Made by a program: the position numbers and the translations under genes. Under the pieces are notes generated by a model. It was not told the origin of the DNA and did no database searches. It was given only the letters and a program-made list of their open reading frames with translations. A stretch of DNA of 64,000 bases, from the NCBI GenBank assembly GCA_038841535.1, contig JAWBTQ010000003.1, positions 64,001 through 128,000 on the forward strand. The letters run 5' to 3'. Below, piece by piece: positions 48,973-59,346 of the stretch; positions within the stretch are counted from its first letter, which is position 1, and each line of letters starts with the position of its first letter. The stretch is from Sulfolobales archaeon (lineage in GTDB: Archaea; Thermoproteota; Thermoprotei_A; Sulfolobales; NBVN01).

Positions 48973-50823
48973 TTGAAGGGTTGGTCAGGAAGATATCTCT
49001 ACGTAGACCTATCTAATAAAAAGTTTCATTATGTAAACTTTTCTGATGATGTACTGATAAGTTTTATCGGCGGTAGGGGTCTGGCTATTAAGCTACTATG
49101 GGACCTTAACCCAGCGGGTGTAGATCCTCTATCACCAGAGAATCACTTAATCCTTGCGGTAGGTCCCCTTACTGGTTACCCACTGCCATCTTCAGGTAAG
49201 ATGGTGGTAGCGTCTAAGTCCCCTCTTACAGGCGGTTACGGTGATGGAAATATCGGGACTAGGGCAGCTGTCGAGCTCAGAAGGCTGGGGGTCGATGCCG
49301 TAGCTATTAAGGGGAGAGCAGAGAAGCCCACTATTCTATACTTGAGTTGCGACGGTGTTGAGTTTAAAGATGGGAGGGACTATTGGGGGCTCACGACCAA
49401 GGAAACTGAGGAGAAACTAGAGAAGGAATTAGGTAAAGAAGTATCGGTTTTAAGCATAGGTCCCGCTGGTGAGAGGTTAGTGAAGTATGCTACAGTAGTG
49501 AGCGAGTTCGGTAGGTCTGCTGGAAGACCTGGTATGGGTACTGTAATGGGGTCTAAGAATCTCAAGGCTGTGGTTGTAAGAGGCTGTTATCAACCTGAGC
49601 CTGCTAACCGAGACGAGCTCTTGAAGCTGGGAGCAGAAGCATATAGAAAGATCAAGGAGTCTCCATCTTACGAATTTTGGGTAAGACAAGGTACTATGGC
49701 TACTATAGAGTGGTCTCAGAAGAACTCTGTTCTTCCTACGTACAATTTCAGTGAGGGTGTGTTTGATTACTGGGAGGGGATTGACGGCTTCATTATGGAG
49801 TCTATGAAGACTAGGGTCAAAGCATGCCCGAACTGCAATATGCCGTGTGGCAACGTAGTTAAGTATGTAACTTCAACTGAGTCTGGTGAAGCAGAACTCG
49901 ATTATGAGAATGTCGCAATGTTGGGTTCTAACATAGGTCTATCACCACTGAATAAAGTTGCTCACATAAACCTATTGGCGGATCTCTACGGTATAGACAC
50001 GATAAGCTTGGGGAGCGTGATTGGCTACTCTATGGAGCTGAGCGAGAAAGGGCTACTAAGGGAGAGAATAGAGTGGGGTGACTACGCTAAGATCAAGGAG
50101 CTCACACGAAAGATAGCGTACCGAGAAGATTTGGGAGACCTTCTTGCGGAGGGTGTTGCTACTATGGCCAACAGGATAGGAGGTGATGCCTGGAAATATG
50201 CTGTGCACGTCAAGGGCCTGGAAGTATCGGCATATGACTGTCACGCCGCGCCCGGTATGGCTCTGGCTTATGCTACATCACCAATAGGTGCTCACCACAA
50301 GGATGCCTGGTTTATTGCTACCGAGATCAGGATAGGTAGGTTTGACTACACTACTGAGAAAGTTGAGAGACTGGTTTGGATGCAGAACGTAAGAGGCGGT
50401 ATGTTCGAGTCTCTAGTAACGTGCAGACTTCCATGGGTTGAAGTAAGCTTAGACCTAGACTACTATCCCAAGCTTCTAACTGCTACTACTGGGTATGCCT
50501 ATACTTGGGACAAAGTGTTTGAAATTGCGAACAGGATTTACACTCTAATAAGGTCGTTCTGGGTGAGGGAGTACGTAGCATCAGGCCTAAAGTGGAGTTA
50601 CGAGATGGACCTACCTCCGGCAAAATGGTTTACTCAGCCTCTCACTAAGGGCTTGCTAAAGGGCATGAAGCTGGATGCTGATGGCTACATGAAGATGCTT
50701 AAGCACTACTATAGTGTTAGAGGGTGGGACGAGAGAGGGATTCCGAGAAAGTCTACTCTAGAGAAGCTCGAACTAGGTAGTGTAGCACCAGAACTTGAAA
50801 AACTGGGAGTAAGCTTAAGCTAA
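48973..50823 (+). CDS. aor: aldehyde:ferredoxin oxidoreductase family protein
   Basis: KSPLTG, GR.GMG.VMGSKNLKA, CPNCNMPC, DYE, GIDTIS. Confidence 0.93.
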   Translation: MKGWSGRYLYVDLSNKKFHYVNFSDDVLISFIGGRGLAIKLLWDLNPAGVDPLSPENHLILAVGPLTGYPLPSSGKMVVASKSPLTGGYGDGNIGTRAAVELRRLGVDAVAIKGRAEKPTILYLSCDGVEFKDGRDYWGLTTKETEEKLEKELGKEVSVLSIGPAGERLVKYATVVSEFGRSAGRPGMGTVMGSKNLKAVVVRGCYQPEPANRDELLKLGAEAYRKIKESPSYEFWVRQGTMATIEWSQKNSVLPTYNFSEGVFDYWEGIDGFIMESMKTRVKACPNCNMPCGNVVKYVTSTESGEAELDYENVAMLGSNIGLSPLNKVAHINLLADLYGIDTISLGSVIGYSMELSEKGLLRERIEWGDYAKIKELTRKIAYREDLGDLLAEGVATMANRIGGDAWKYAVHVKGLEVSAYDCHAAPGMALAYATSPIGAHHKDAWFIATEIRIGRFDYTTEKVERLVWMQNVRGGMFESLVTCRLPWVEVSLDLDYYPKLLTATTGYAYTWDKVFEIANRIYTLIRSFWVREYVASGLKWSYEMDLPPAKWFTQPLTKGLLKGMKLDADGYMKMLKHYYSVRGWDERGIPRKSTLEKLELGSVAPELEKLGVSLS

Positions 50824-50879
50824 AGCACACTAAAGCTTTATAAGCACAACCACCATTTTTACGTGAAGTAGGGTGCGGA

Positions 50880-51212
50880 ATGGAGGGTAAGGGAAAGTTA
50901 AGCTTAGAGTCAATATGTGGTGGATTACCTGAAGAACTATGCGTACAGATAAGTTCTGAACAACAGATCGTTAAGATAAGAGTAGAGAAAAGGAAGTTCG
51001 GTAAGGAGGTTACTGTAATAGAGGGATTAGACGGTAACGTGTACAATTTAAAGGAGGTTGCTTCAAGATTGAAGTCGAAGCTAGCAGTAGGAGGGACAGT
51101 AAAAGACAACCACATAGAGTTGCAGGGAAATCAGAAAACTAGGGTTAAGCAGCTTCTGATTGAGGAACTAGGTATACCTCCAGAAAACATAATAACTATA
51201 GAATCTGAGTAG
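50880..51212 (+). CDS. translation initiation factor aIF1/SUI1
   Basis: GKEVTVIEGL, LKSKLAVGGTVK, IELQG. Confidence 0.95.
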   Translation: MEGKGKLSLESICGGLPEELCVQISSEQQIVKIRVEKRKFGKEVTVIEGLDGNVYNLKEVASRLKSKLAVGGTVKDNHIELQGNQKTRVKQLLIEELGIPPENIITIESE

Positions 51213-51253
51213 CTAAATAACTAAAGTTAAATAATACTATTTTAACAACTTTC

Positions 51254-52183
51254 TTACTCTTCTGGTAGCTGTAGCTTCAGGCTTTTAACAAGCTCTCTAT
51301 ATCTATTTCTAACTGTTACTTCTGTCACTCCCACAACAGCTGCTATATCTTTCTGAGTCCTCTTTATTCCTAACATCTGGGCCGCAGCGTAGACGGCGGC
51401 AGCAGCTACTCCGGTTGGGTCTTTGCCTGCTGTAATACCCAGCTTCCTTGCTTCTTCTAGAAGTTCTACGGCTTTCTTAGCGACTCTGCCACTTAGTCCG
51501 AGAGCTGAAACTATTCTCGGCACATAATCCGCCGAGTCTGTTGGTGGGACCCTTATCTCTAGTTCCTTAACTAGCATTCTGTAACACCTAGAGATCTCGC
51601 GTTTATCAGCCTTAGTTACGCCCGAGATCTCGTCGAGTAGCCTGGGTATCTTATGGATTCTGCAGGCTATGTAAAGAGATGCTGCTGCCACGGCTTCTAC
51701 AGACCTACCCCTGATAATGCCTCTCTCGATGGCTTTTCTATATATCGATACCGCCTCTTCTTTAATAGACTTTGGTAGTCCCAGCTGATCAGCTATTCTC
51801 TCGAGTTCTACAGCAGCTTGCGTGATATTTCTGTCTATAGAGCTCTGTATTCTTGTCCTCAGCTGCCACTTCCTCCACCTCATTGCCTCAAGCCTCTTCT
51901 TCATCTCAAGCTTCTTTCCTGTAGCATCCTTATCCCTCCAGTCAATTACAGATGTCAGACCTCCATCGTGTATCATAGGCGACAAAGGAGACCCAGCTCT
52001 AGACCTCTTACTCTCCTCGTCAGAAGTAAAGGCTCTCCACTCCGGTCCTTGGTCGACAACTCTCTCCTCTATTACCTCGCCAGTTTCAGAACACACATAC
52101 TGCCCACGAGACTCATCAAACACTATCTTATCTGGTGGACACTTCTCTTCAATTACCTCTTGCTCTGGATTCTCAGAAACCAT
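51254..52183 (-). CDS. tfb: transcription initiation factor IIB
   Basis: GPEWRAF B-reader, two cyclin repeats, [10 protein letters not shown]. Confidence 0.97.
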   Translation of the reverse strand: MVSENPEQEVIEEKCPPDKIVFDESRGQYVCSETGEVIEERVVDQGPEWRAFTSDEESKRSRAGSPLSPMIHDGGLTSVIDWRDKDATGKKLEMKKRLEAMRWRKWQLRTRIQSSIDRNITQAAVELERIADQLGLPKSIKEEAVSIYRKAIERGIIRGRSVEAVAAASLYIACRIHKIPRLLDEISGVTKADKREISRCYRMLVKELEIRVPPTDSADYVPRIVSALGLSGRVAKKAVELLEEARKLGITAGKDPTGVAAAAVYAAAQMLGIKRTQKDIAAVVGVTEVTVRNRYRELVKSLKLQLPEE

Positions 52184-52281
52184 GAAACCCACCGAAAAGT
52201 TTATTTTTGCCCACCTTAAACCGCTATCGTAACATTCGAATCGTAGCTTATAAGCTTTTTGCCTAATTTAAAATACTTGGA

Positions 52282-52355
52282 GCCGCCGTAGCTCAGCCCG
52301 GTGGAGCGCCGGCCTTGTAAGCCGGTGGTCGCGGGTTCAAATCCCGCCGGCGGCT
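52282..52355 (+). tRNA. tRNA-Thr(TGT)
   Basis: Cloverleaf with anticodon arm CCGGC-CTTGTAA-GCCGG. Confidence 0.97.
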
Positions 52356-52375
52356 TCAGCTCCCGTGGGAGCTGA
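52356..52375 (+). repeat. perfect inverted repeat immediately 3' of tRNA-Thr
   Basis: TCAGCTCCC-GT-GGGAGCTGA. Confidence 0.7.
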
Positions 52376-52540
52376 TTGCTTATAAACTCATCGTTTCATG
52401 GTCCTCCCTCGCATCCATGAAACCTATAGGTACAAAGGAGGTTCCACATTTAGGCCCAGAGATGAGCAAGCCTTGATAGTCTTGATAAAGGCTATCCGCG
52501 GTTGAGGGCGTATCTAATTAAGACACTAACTAGAGAGTAG

Positions 52541-54616
52541 TTAGTTCTCCGCTAGTACTTGGGGTTGAGTTTGCTCGCCAGCTTTCTCCTCGGGTTTCTT
52601 CCTCAGCTCTCTGTATTCCCTGATTATTTCCTCGAGGTCACGCAGGGACAGCCCTCTCCTGTTCAATTCTCTAGTCCTCTTAATCTCGTTGATTTTCTTT
52701 CTCACCTCAGCCATTCTGCTAGTGACTTCGGAGCCTACTATGGCTACTTTATCTAGAGTACTGTAGTCTACCTCCTTAGTGACTGGTATAGTCATCTCGT
52801 TAACTAATCTAGACAGAGCATCGTCTGGGAAGCTACTAGGCAGTATCAACCCGATCTCCAACTTCTCTACTAACGGAGCAACCTTCTCTAGACTACTTAA
52901 GGTAGGTCTTTCAATAAACACCATCTCACCCTGCTTCAAATTCTCTAAGCTCTCTAACTGCTCTGCTGTTGATACCTTCCTCACTACGATCAACCTGCCT
53001 TCGGCAACTCCTGGTAGAACTCTCGCCAGCTTGAGGTAATGTTCCTTCACGCCCTCGTACTCGGCTCTCAGATTATCTAAGTCTCTTACTACGTTGACTA
53101 ACCTCTGAGTCAGCTCGTAGACTTTGCGGTCCTTCATAATGCTTCTAGATATGCTACCTAACTCAGATTCTATTATCGTTTTTAGTTTAGAGAGCTCTAC
53201 CTCGAGGTTCTTCAATTTGTTTAAAAGTTGCTGCTTCTCTGTTTCGAGAGATTCGATCGTCCTCTCTAGCTCTCTAATCTTCTTTTTCATGAACTCGTTT
53301 GACTCGGCTAGAGCTCTAGCTTCGTGGATCACTTCTAGAACTCTATCAGTAGGTTCCTCACTGCTTAGAGCCTCTGCTATTATCTCCTCTATTATAGCCG
53401 CTATAGGAACTCCCTCAACGATTCTCACTAGGTACTTATCTAAGTTAATTGATGCTTTATCTAGTCCCATCTCCACTAGCTTACCTTCGAGCTCTCTCAT
53501 CTTTCCCTCAATAGACCTGTAAGCCTCCACGGCAGCAGCAAGGGAGTCCCTCATATGGGTATCTTTAACCTCGATATCATAGAGCTCTGCGTATTCTCTA
53601 GAGATAGACTCTTTTTCATAAGCAGCTAGACTGCGTTCGGGACTATACACTCTAGCCCCTAGAGATGCTGCTACTCGCCTCACGAACTCTGGCGGTGGCT
53701 GCTTATCTGTAGCAACCATCACAACTTTCCCAAGGTTCCGCAGCACTGAGATTACGTCTTCTCTATCTAACCCCCGGGCCGAGCTTAATGCTACCACACG
53801 CCCGTTGAGGTCGAGCACTGCGAGACCTACCTCAATGCCCGGGTCTAGACCAACTATTAGGTGTTTCTGCTCTTGCTCTTGAGACAGGACTAGATGCTTT
53901 ATAGACGTAATGTTGATTACCGGTTTTACTCGTACTACTACATCTCGTCCCACGGTGTTTCTAACAAGCCCGTAAAGCCTTTCCCTATCGCAGTATGCCG
54001 TTATTACAGCTGACTCTATCCCACCCTGGCTTCTCCTCAAAGTAATGTCGTATTCTATAGAATTAGACTTAAGTATTTCTTCTATTTTCTTAACTGCCTG
54101 CGCTACTGATGCCCTCAGGTTGCGCTTAAACCTGTTCGCACTAGAGCCACCGGCTCTACCCGACCTTCCCCTGTAGACATGTATTTTAACTTTCTTACTG
54201 AAGACCTTGACCTCCTTGCCGAACCCTCTACTAGCTAGGAAAGCTATGACTACGGCTGAGAGCTTTGAATCTAGCTTCCCGTAAGGTAACTCGAGACCGG
54301 CCTCTCTAGCTAACATGCGTAACTCCTTAAAGCTTTTTTCATCTACATTGACCTGTACTAGCTTGACTCCAGGAGGCAGTAGCTTCACGAAGTTAGAGAC
54401 GTTTCTAACAGAACCACCGAGTTCTAAGACGTTGTCTACAGCGAGAACCTCGGGTTTGAGATCCCAGAGCATTCTTAGTAATCTGCTTACCGTAACCTCA
54501 TCTACTTTCACTAGAGTTCCGTTACGCAGTACTGCTATCGAATAGACAAACTCGCCTAGCTTACTCCCGGATTTAGCTACGTCTACACCAAGGTATGTGG
54601 GTGCGTTATATTCCAT
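52541..54616 (-). CDS. DUF460 protein (RNase H-like domains plus coiled coil)
   Basis: LGVDV, LAVDNV.EL, IVGLDPG, THMRDSLAAA, long coiled coil. Confidence 0.85.
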   Translation of the reverse strand: MEYNAPTYLGVDVAKSGSKLGEFVYSIAVLRNGTLVKVDEVTVSRLLRMLWDLKPEVLAVDNVLELGGSVRNVSNFVKLLPPGVKLVQVNVDEKSFKELRMLAREAGLELPYGKLDSKLSAVVIAFLASRGFGKEVKVFSKKVKIHVYRGRSGRAGGSSANRFKRNLRASVAQAVKKIEEILKSNSIEYDITLRRSQGGIESAVITAYCDRERLYGLVRNTVGRDVVVRVKPVINITSIKHLVLSQEQEQKHLIVGLDPGIEVGLAVLDLNGRVVALSSARGLDREDVISVLRNLGKVVMVATDKQPPPEFVRRVAASLGARVYSPERSLAAYEKESISREYAELYDIEVKDTHMRDSLAAAVEAYRSIEGKMRELEGKLVEMGLDKASINLDKYLVRIVEGVPIAAIIEEIIAEALSSEEPTDRVLEVIHEARALAESNEFMKKKIRELERTIESLETEKQQLLNKLKNLEVELSKLKTIIESELGSISRSIMKDRKVYELTQRLVNVVRDLDNLRAEYEGVKEHYLKLARVLPGVAEGRLIVVRKVSTAEQLESLENLKQGEMVFIERPTLSSLEKVAPLVEKLEIGLILPSSFPDDALSRLVNEMTIPVTKEVDYSTLDKVAIVGSEVTSRMAEVRKKINEIKRTRELNRRGLSLRDLEEIIREYRELRKKPEEKAGEQTQPQVLAEN

Positions 54617-55499
54617 TAACTAGCCCCTTAACATATCTGATCGCTTTCTCTAGATCCAAGGAAACTCCATATCTGCGCTTAAAAAATTTAAGTAGATTAC
54701 CTATGTCTTTCCTCAAGTACTCCTCGGCCAGAGGGTCTTCCCTATTAACGTATTGTGGCCAGTCTATTATGTAGGGTATTTCATTAGAGTCTCTTACTGA
54801 TACTACAATATTGTATTCACTTAGGTCTGCGTGAACTATGCCGGTGTTCAAGTAGGCAGTTCTCATAGTTGTGAGTATAAGGTCTAGCATGTTCTCAGGG
54901 TCTTTAGCATTTCTATACCTATAGAGGTCTTCCCCGTCAACGAACTCCATTACTACAGCGTGCTTACTCCATCCCCACACTCTCGGAGTTAAACTAGTGT
55001 GTTTTGATAAGAGCGAAAGGGCTCTGTACTCTCTTTCAGCAGCTAGCTTGGAGGCCTTTAACCAAGAAGGCTGGTCTGTGAGATATCCCCTATACCTCAC
55101 TACCTTCTTAAAGCTTACTCTACCTATCTTGTAGAACTTTACGACAGCTATCTCACTAGTGGGGGTTTTAGCTAGGTATAGTACGCTCTCCTTACCTGTA
55201 CCTATCGAAGGACCTACGTGAGTTACTACACCTTTTTCAACCAGTTCTAGCAGAGCGAGACAGTCTAGACCGAGAAACATCAGGCGGTAAGCTGCTCTCG
55301 TTAAATGACCCTCTACCAGCTTTTTCATTCTTAAGGCAGAGATTTCTCTAGCAAAGTTCTTCTCAGGTATTCGAGTCTTTCTGAACAGTAGTTCTTCAGG
55401 TACGTACTCGAAGACTCCCAGATTCTCGTCTAAGACGGATAGTATGGATAAGCCTGTCTTACTAATATCCTTGCATACTCCCGCAAGCTTTAAATGCAT
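54606..55499 (-). CDS. rio2: RIO2-family serine/threonine kinase
   Basis: N-terminal wHTH, GTGKES, HADLSEYN, IIDWPQ. Confidence 0.92.
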   Translation of the reverse strand: MHLKLAGVCKDISKTGLSILSVLDENLGVFEYVPEELLFRKTRIPEKNFAREISALRMKKLVEGHLTRAAYRLMFLGLDCLALLELVEKGVVTHVGPSIGTGKESVLYLAKTPTSEIAVVKFYKIGRVSFKKVVRYRGYLTDQPSWLKASKLAAEREYRALSLLSKHTSLTPRVWGWSKHAVVMEFVDGEDLYRYRNAKDPENMLDLILTTMRTAYLNTGIVHADLSEYNIVVSVRDSNEIPYIIDWPQYVNREDPLAEEYLRKDIGNLLKFFKRRYGVSLDLEKAIRYVKGLVNGI

Positions 55500-55684
55500 T
55501 TCGGTGCTTCCACTCGCATTTAGGGTGTGGATAGTTTTTATGCTTACCTAGGGGTATTACACTTACCGCAATCTAAGAGCAACGTCCATTAAAGCACTGC
55601 CTTACTCAATCCATGAGGTTAAGAATAGGGGTAGATTAAACTACGATTAAAAGACTATATAGCAGAAATCCCCATATCGCTCTG

Positions 55685-55876
55685 GTGAACTGTCTGAGCA
55701 ACAAGAAAACTGTTGAACTAGACTTGATTGAAGAGTATGTCTACTGGGGCGAAAAAAGATATAGATTTAAAGTAAAAGGCACTAACATAATAGTGAATGT
55801 TAGAGCTGATAGCGTTGATGAAGGCGTCGAGAAGGCCATAGAGGTACTCAAAAAAATCGGTTACATTAGTAACTAG
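55685..55876 (+). CDS. small hypothetical protein
   Basis: 63-aa ORF with beta-beta-beta-alpha-like pattern; start uncertain. Confidence 0.6.
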   Translation: MNCLSNKKTVELDLIEEYVYWGEKRYRFKVKGTNIIVNVRADSVDEGVEKAIEVLKKIGYISN

Positions 55877-56036
55877 CACAATTTTGTTAGTCAGCAGTGA
55901 TGTTTCAGTATACCCGTATTTTCACTCGCAGACGAGAGCCCTGCTCTTCAGGATAGGGGGTCACTCTATTGCTTTAGACCCTGAGTCTTCTGTTGCAATT
56001 TTTAGTCTTAAGTTTCTCTTAATGGTGGGTGCGGCT

Positions 56037-57413
56037 ATGCCCAACATGGCTCTATCTAAGTCTATATTGAACCGTGAGTCTCTAGCTAGAACAGAGCTCC
56101 ACGCTGATGTTCTAAAGGTGCTGGAAGTAGGGCTCAGAGCAGCCGATCCGGAGTCTTCTGTTCGTAGTGCTCTCTCGAGAGGGGGAGATGTAGTGTGTGT
56201 TTTAGATGAATGCTTTAGTGCTACGGGCAGAATTCATGTAATCGGCTTCGGTAAGGCCGGTTTGGGTATGTCTCTGGGGTGCGAGAGTGTGTTAGGGGAG
56301 CTAGTAGCTGGTGGGGTAGTCATAGTTCCCTCTATAGGGGATTCTCCTAGGCTACCTAAGAAGATCGAAGTAGTCGAAGGAGAGCACCCAATACCAGGTG
56401 AGAAAACTCTGCGAGCAAGCCACAGATTGATTAAGTACGTTGAGGATAACTTGAGTACAGGAGACGTGGTGATAGTCCTAATTTCTGGCGGTGGGTCGGC
56501 TTTGTTCGAAATTCCGTATCCACCACTAACTCTAGGTGATATAGCTATCACCACGAATACCCTAATGAGGGCTGGTGCTGATATAGTCGAGCTCAACACA
56601 GTCCGCAAACACTTGAGCATGGTTAAAGGTGGAAGGCTCTTGAACTTTACTAGGAGGGCAAGCCGGGTCTTCTCTCTCATAATCTCCGATGTGGTTGGAG
56701 ACCCGATCGAGTTCATCGCTTCGGGTCCTACAGAAGCAGACACTACTACCTATCGAGATACCTACGAAGTTCTGCAGAGAAGAGGGGTGTGGGATGCTCT
56801 ACCGAACAGCGTGAGAGAACTAGTGCTAAGTGGCTTATCTGGCAAGATCCCCGAAACGGTGAAACCTGGAGATCCACTACTCGATAAGGTTAGAAACTTA
56901 GTAGTCGCCAGCAACATGATATCTCTTAAGGATATGGAAAAGAAAGCTAGAGAACTAGGCTATAAAGCAACAATAGTGACTTCCATGATGGTTGGTGAAG
57001 CTAGAGAAGTCGGTAGATTCCTCGGAAGTATAGCACGCCATATCACCAAGTACAAACAACCCGGTGAAAAGCTTATGTTACTCCTAGGTGGTGAAACTAC
57101 GGTAACGGTTAGAGGTCGCGGCCGTGGTGGTAGAAACCAAGAGCTTTGTGTGGGGTTCTCATTATCTGCTCGAGGATTAGAAAATGTCGTACTTGCGTCC
57201 ATAGGTTCTGATGGAATAGATGGTAACAGTCCAGCTGCTGGAGGAATGTGTGACGGGCTGTTGGTAGATGAAGCACTAAACGCAGGTTTAGACCCTCACA
57301 AGTATTTAAACGATAACGACACGTACACATTACTGAGCAAGTTGGGAAGGGCCATAATCACTGGTCCCACCGGTACGAACGTGAATGACTTAGTAGTTCT
57401 AGCAGTTCGGTAG
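56037..57413 (+). CDS. glycerate 2-kinase (DUF4147/MOFRL)
   Basis: GFGKA, LISGGGSAL, RKHLS.VKGG, GGETTV, GGRNQE, TGTNVND. Confidence 0.93.
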   Translation: MPNMALSKSILNRESLARTELHADVLKVLEVGLRAADPESSVRSALSRGGDVVCVLDECFSATGRIHVIGFGKAGLGMSLGCESVLGELVAGGVVIVPSIGDSPRLPKKIEVVEGEHPIPGEKTLRASHRLIKYVEDNLSTGDVVIVLISGGGSALFEIPYPPLTLGDIAITTNTLMRAGADIVELNTVRKHLSMVKGGRLLNFTRRASRVFSLIISDVVGDPIEFIASGPTEADTTTYRDTYEVLQRRGVWDALPNSVRELVLSGLSGKIPETVKPGDPLLDKVRNLVVASNMISLKDMEKKARELGYKATIVTSMMVGEAREVGRFLGSIARHITKYKQPGEKLMLLLGGETTVTVRGRGRGGRNQELCVGFSLSARGLENVVLASIGSDGIDGNSPAAGGMCDGLLVDEALNAGLDPHKYLNDNDTYTLLSKLGRAIITGPTGTNVNDLVVLAVR

Positions 57414-57423
57414 GGAATCCGTA

Positions 57424-58815
57424 TTGGTTGCTGTGGACATAGCGTTTTTAGTTGTTGTAACCCCTCTAGTGCTGATTCTATCGTTACATTCTATATACTT
57501 GCTATCGTCTAGTAGAATAGAGAGAAAAACGGCTCCCGGCCTTAGTGCGAGGGAAAGAGTCAGTGTTGTTATACCTATAAAGAGCGAACCCATCGACCTA
57601 GTTTACGATAGTGTGAGTTACTTAATTAAGCTAATAGAAAAACTCGGTAACCGTATAGAGATATACATAGTGTCAGATGATGAAGAAGAGTACGTTAAAA
57701 CCTTAAGGAATAAGCTAGACTCTTTAAGCTCGCCTATTTCGGTGAGAGTCGTAAGACGGGATGGTCGGGGAGGAAGAGTTGGCGCTCTGAACTTCGCCCT
57801 CAACGAAGTTGTGAAGAATGATAATCTCCTAGTCTTAGACATAGACGCTAAACCAAGTGAGGATTTTTTTGAAGAGCTACTAGACTGTGCTCAGGTATAC
57901 GATGCGTGCGTAGGACGCTGGGTAGGGTACTGGGTAAGAGATACCAGAATAGCTAGGGCACTAGCTTTCATAACAGAGCTTGTCGCTACAGCTCTCTACA
58001 GAGGTAGGCAAAAACTTGGGTTGCTTGTTTTTCCTCTGGGTTCCGGGACCCTTTTCAGAGTGAAGTCTCTTAAGGCTGTCGGAGGATGGGAAGATGGGAC
58101 AGTTCAAGACGACGTGATTATAGGCATGAGACTCTATGGTTCCGGTTTCAGAGTCGGATACTCAGATAAAGCTACTTTACGTGTTTTAGTTCCATCATCC
58201 TATAGAGCCTTTAGAATACAGCAACTTAAGTGGGCTTACGGCTCAGTGGAGAGCTTAAGGTATAGCTTTAAGTACCTTAAGAGGAGCATAGGTGTCCTTA
58301 AGTCGATTGAAGCTAGACTATATACTCTCCAATACGTTCCTGGACTTTCAGTATTGGCAACCTCGATGGTAGTACCCAGCGTAGCTATTGCATCGAACTC
58401 GGACTTAAGCTATCTCCCGTTGCTTGCCGTTAGTGCTATATCGTCCTTCTACGTTGGAGCCGTACTTAAGACTTTCAGTAAACCCGGAGCGAAAGTTACT
58501 AAAATACTCAGGCTACTGGGTACGGCGTCAGCAATCGGTGTAACTGTAGCACCGATCGTTATAAAAGGATTAATTCTGGGTATTCTCGGCACACGACCGA
58601 GAGCTCCCGTAACTCCTAAGGGATCCGAAGACCGTGAAAGATATAGAGAATACTTAGAGGAGTACATAGCTACCACAACTTCCCTCCTCCTCGGGATTGT
58701 GGCACTAATTAGAGGTCACTACCTTGCGTCCGGAATAGGCTTCCTCCCCACTATAGCATTAGTCTATACTCTAGCAAGAGCGACTAGACAACCCCACACT
58801 CCTACCTCAGTCTAG
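57424..58815 (+). CDS. family 2 glycosyltransferase, membrane-bound
   Basis: DD, GALN, DID, QD and QQLKW (QxxRW-like) motifs plus TM helices. Confidence 0.9.
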   Translation: MVAVDIAFLVVVTPLVLILSLHSIYLLSSSRIERKTAPGLSARERVSVVIPIKSEPIDLVYDSVSYLIKLIEKLGNRIEIYIVSDDEEEYVKTLRNKLDSLSSPISVRVVRRDGRGGRVGALNFALNEVVKNDNLLVLDIDAKPSEDFFEELLDCAQVYDACVGRWVGYWVRDTRIARALAFITELVATALYRGRQKLGLLVFPLGSGTLFRVKSLKAVGGWEDGTVQDDVIIGMRLYGSGFRVGYSDKATLRVLVPSSYRAFRIQQLKWAYGSVESLRYSFKYLKRSIGVLKSIEARLYTLQYVPGLSVLATSMVVPSVAIASNSDLSYLPLLAVSAISSFYVGAVLKTFSKPGAKVTKILRLLGTASAIGVTVAPIVIKGLILGILGTRPRAPVTPKGSEDRERYREYLEEYIATTTSLLLGIVALIRGHYLASGIGFLPTIALVYTLARATRQPHTPTSV

Positions 58816-59130
58816 CTCAAACTATAGAGCCTCCATTTTAAAGAGGCTCTAAGTCACGAGCTCCTTCGATTTACCAAGGTCGGTAAGTGCTTGGTACACG
58901 GCTTCTCTACTCAAGCTTGATCATTCTCGACTTCTATTGCCGTGCTTAAGTAACTAAGCTATCCAACATACCGTGACAGATGCTATGACCTACATAAACC
59001 ATAAGCTAACTGTCACCTCCTTAAAGTCCCGCAGAACTCTTTCTGGTTTCGCATTAGTTTATAGTGATTGGTGCTACTCTCGGTAATGCGTTAGAGACAC
59101 CTATAAACGTCTCACCAAAGAATAAAGCCT

Positions 59131-59328
59131 CTCGATGGGGTGCGGAAGCTCGTGGGAGAGCTGAAGGTAAGACCTCTCAGAGGCAATCCAGACGTCAAAC
59201 ACGCAAGATGTTGAGAGCCCAGAGCCGCCCCGAGTGCCCCTAAGCCTAATGAAATCCCGGGCGAAATGCGGGGGAAGGCGCAGGGCGATGACATCACTCG
59301 GTATAAGCCAACATCAGAGCCGAACCCT
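59131..59328 (+). mobile_element. non-autonomous tnpB-derived mini-element/omegaRNA-like repeat, copy 3
   Basis: Reverse-complement homologue of 412-603 and 37127-37324. Confidence 0.58.
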
Positions 59329-59346
59329 GAGTAAAGGTTTAGAGCA

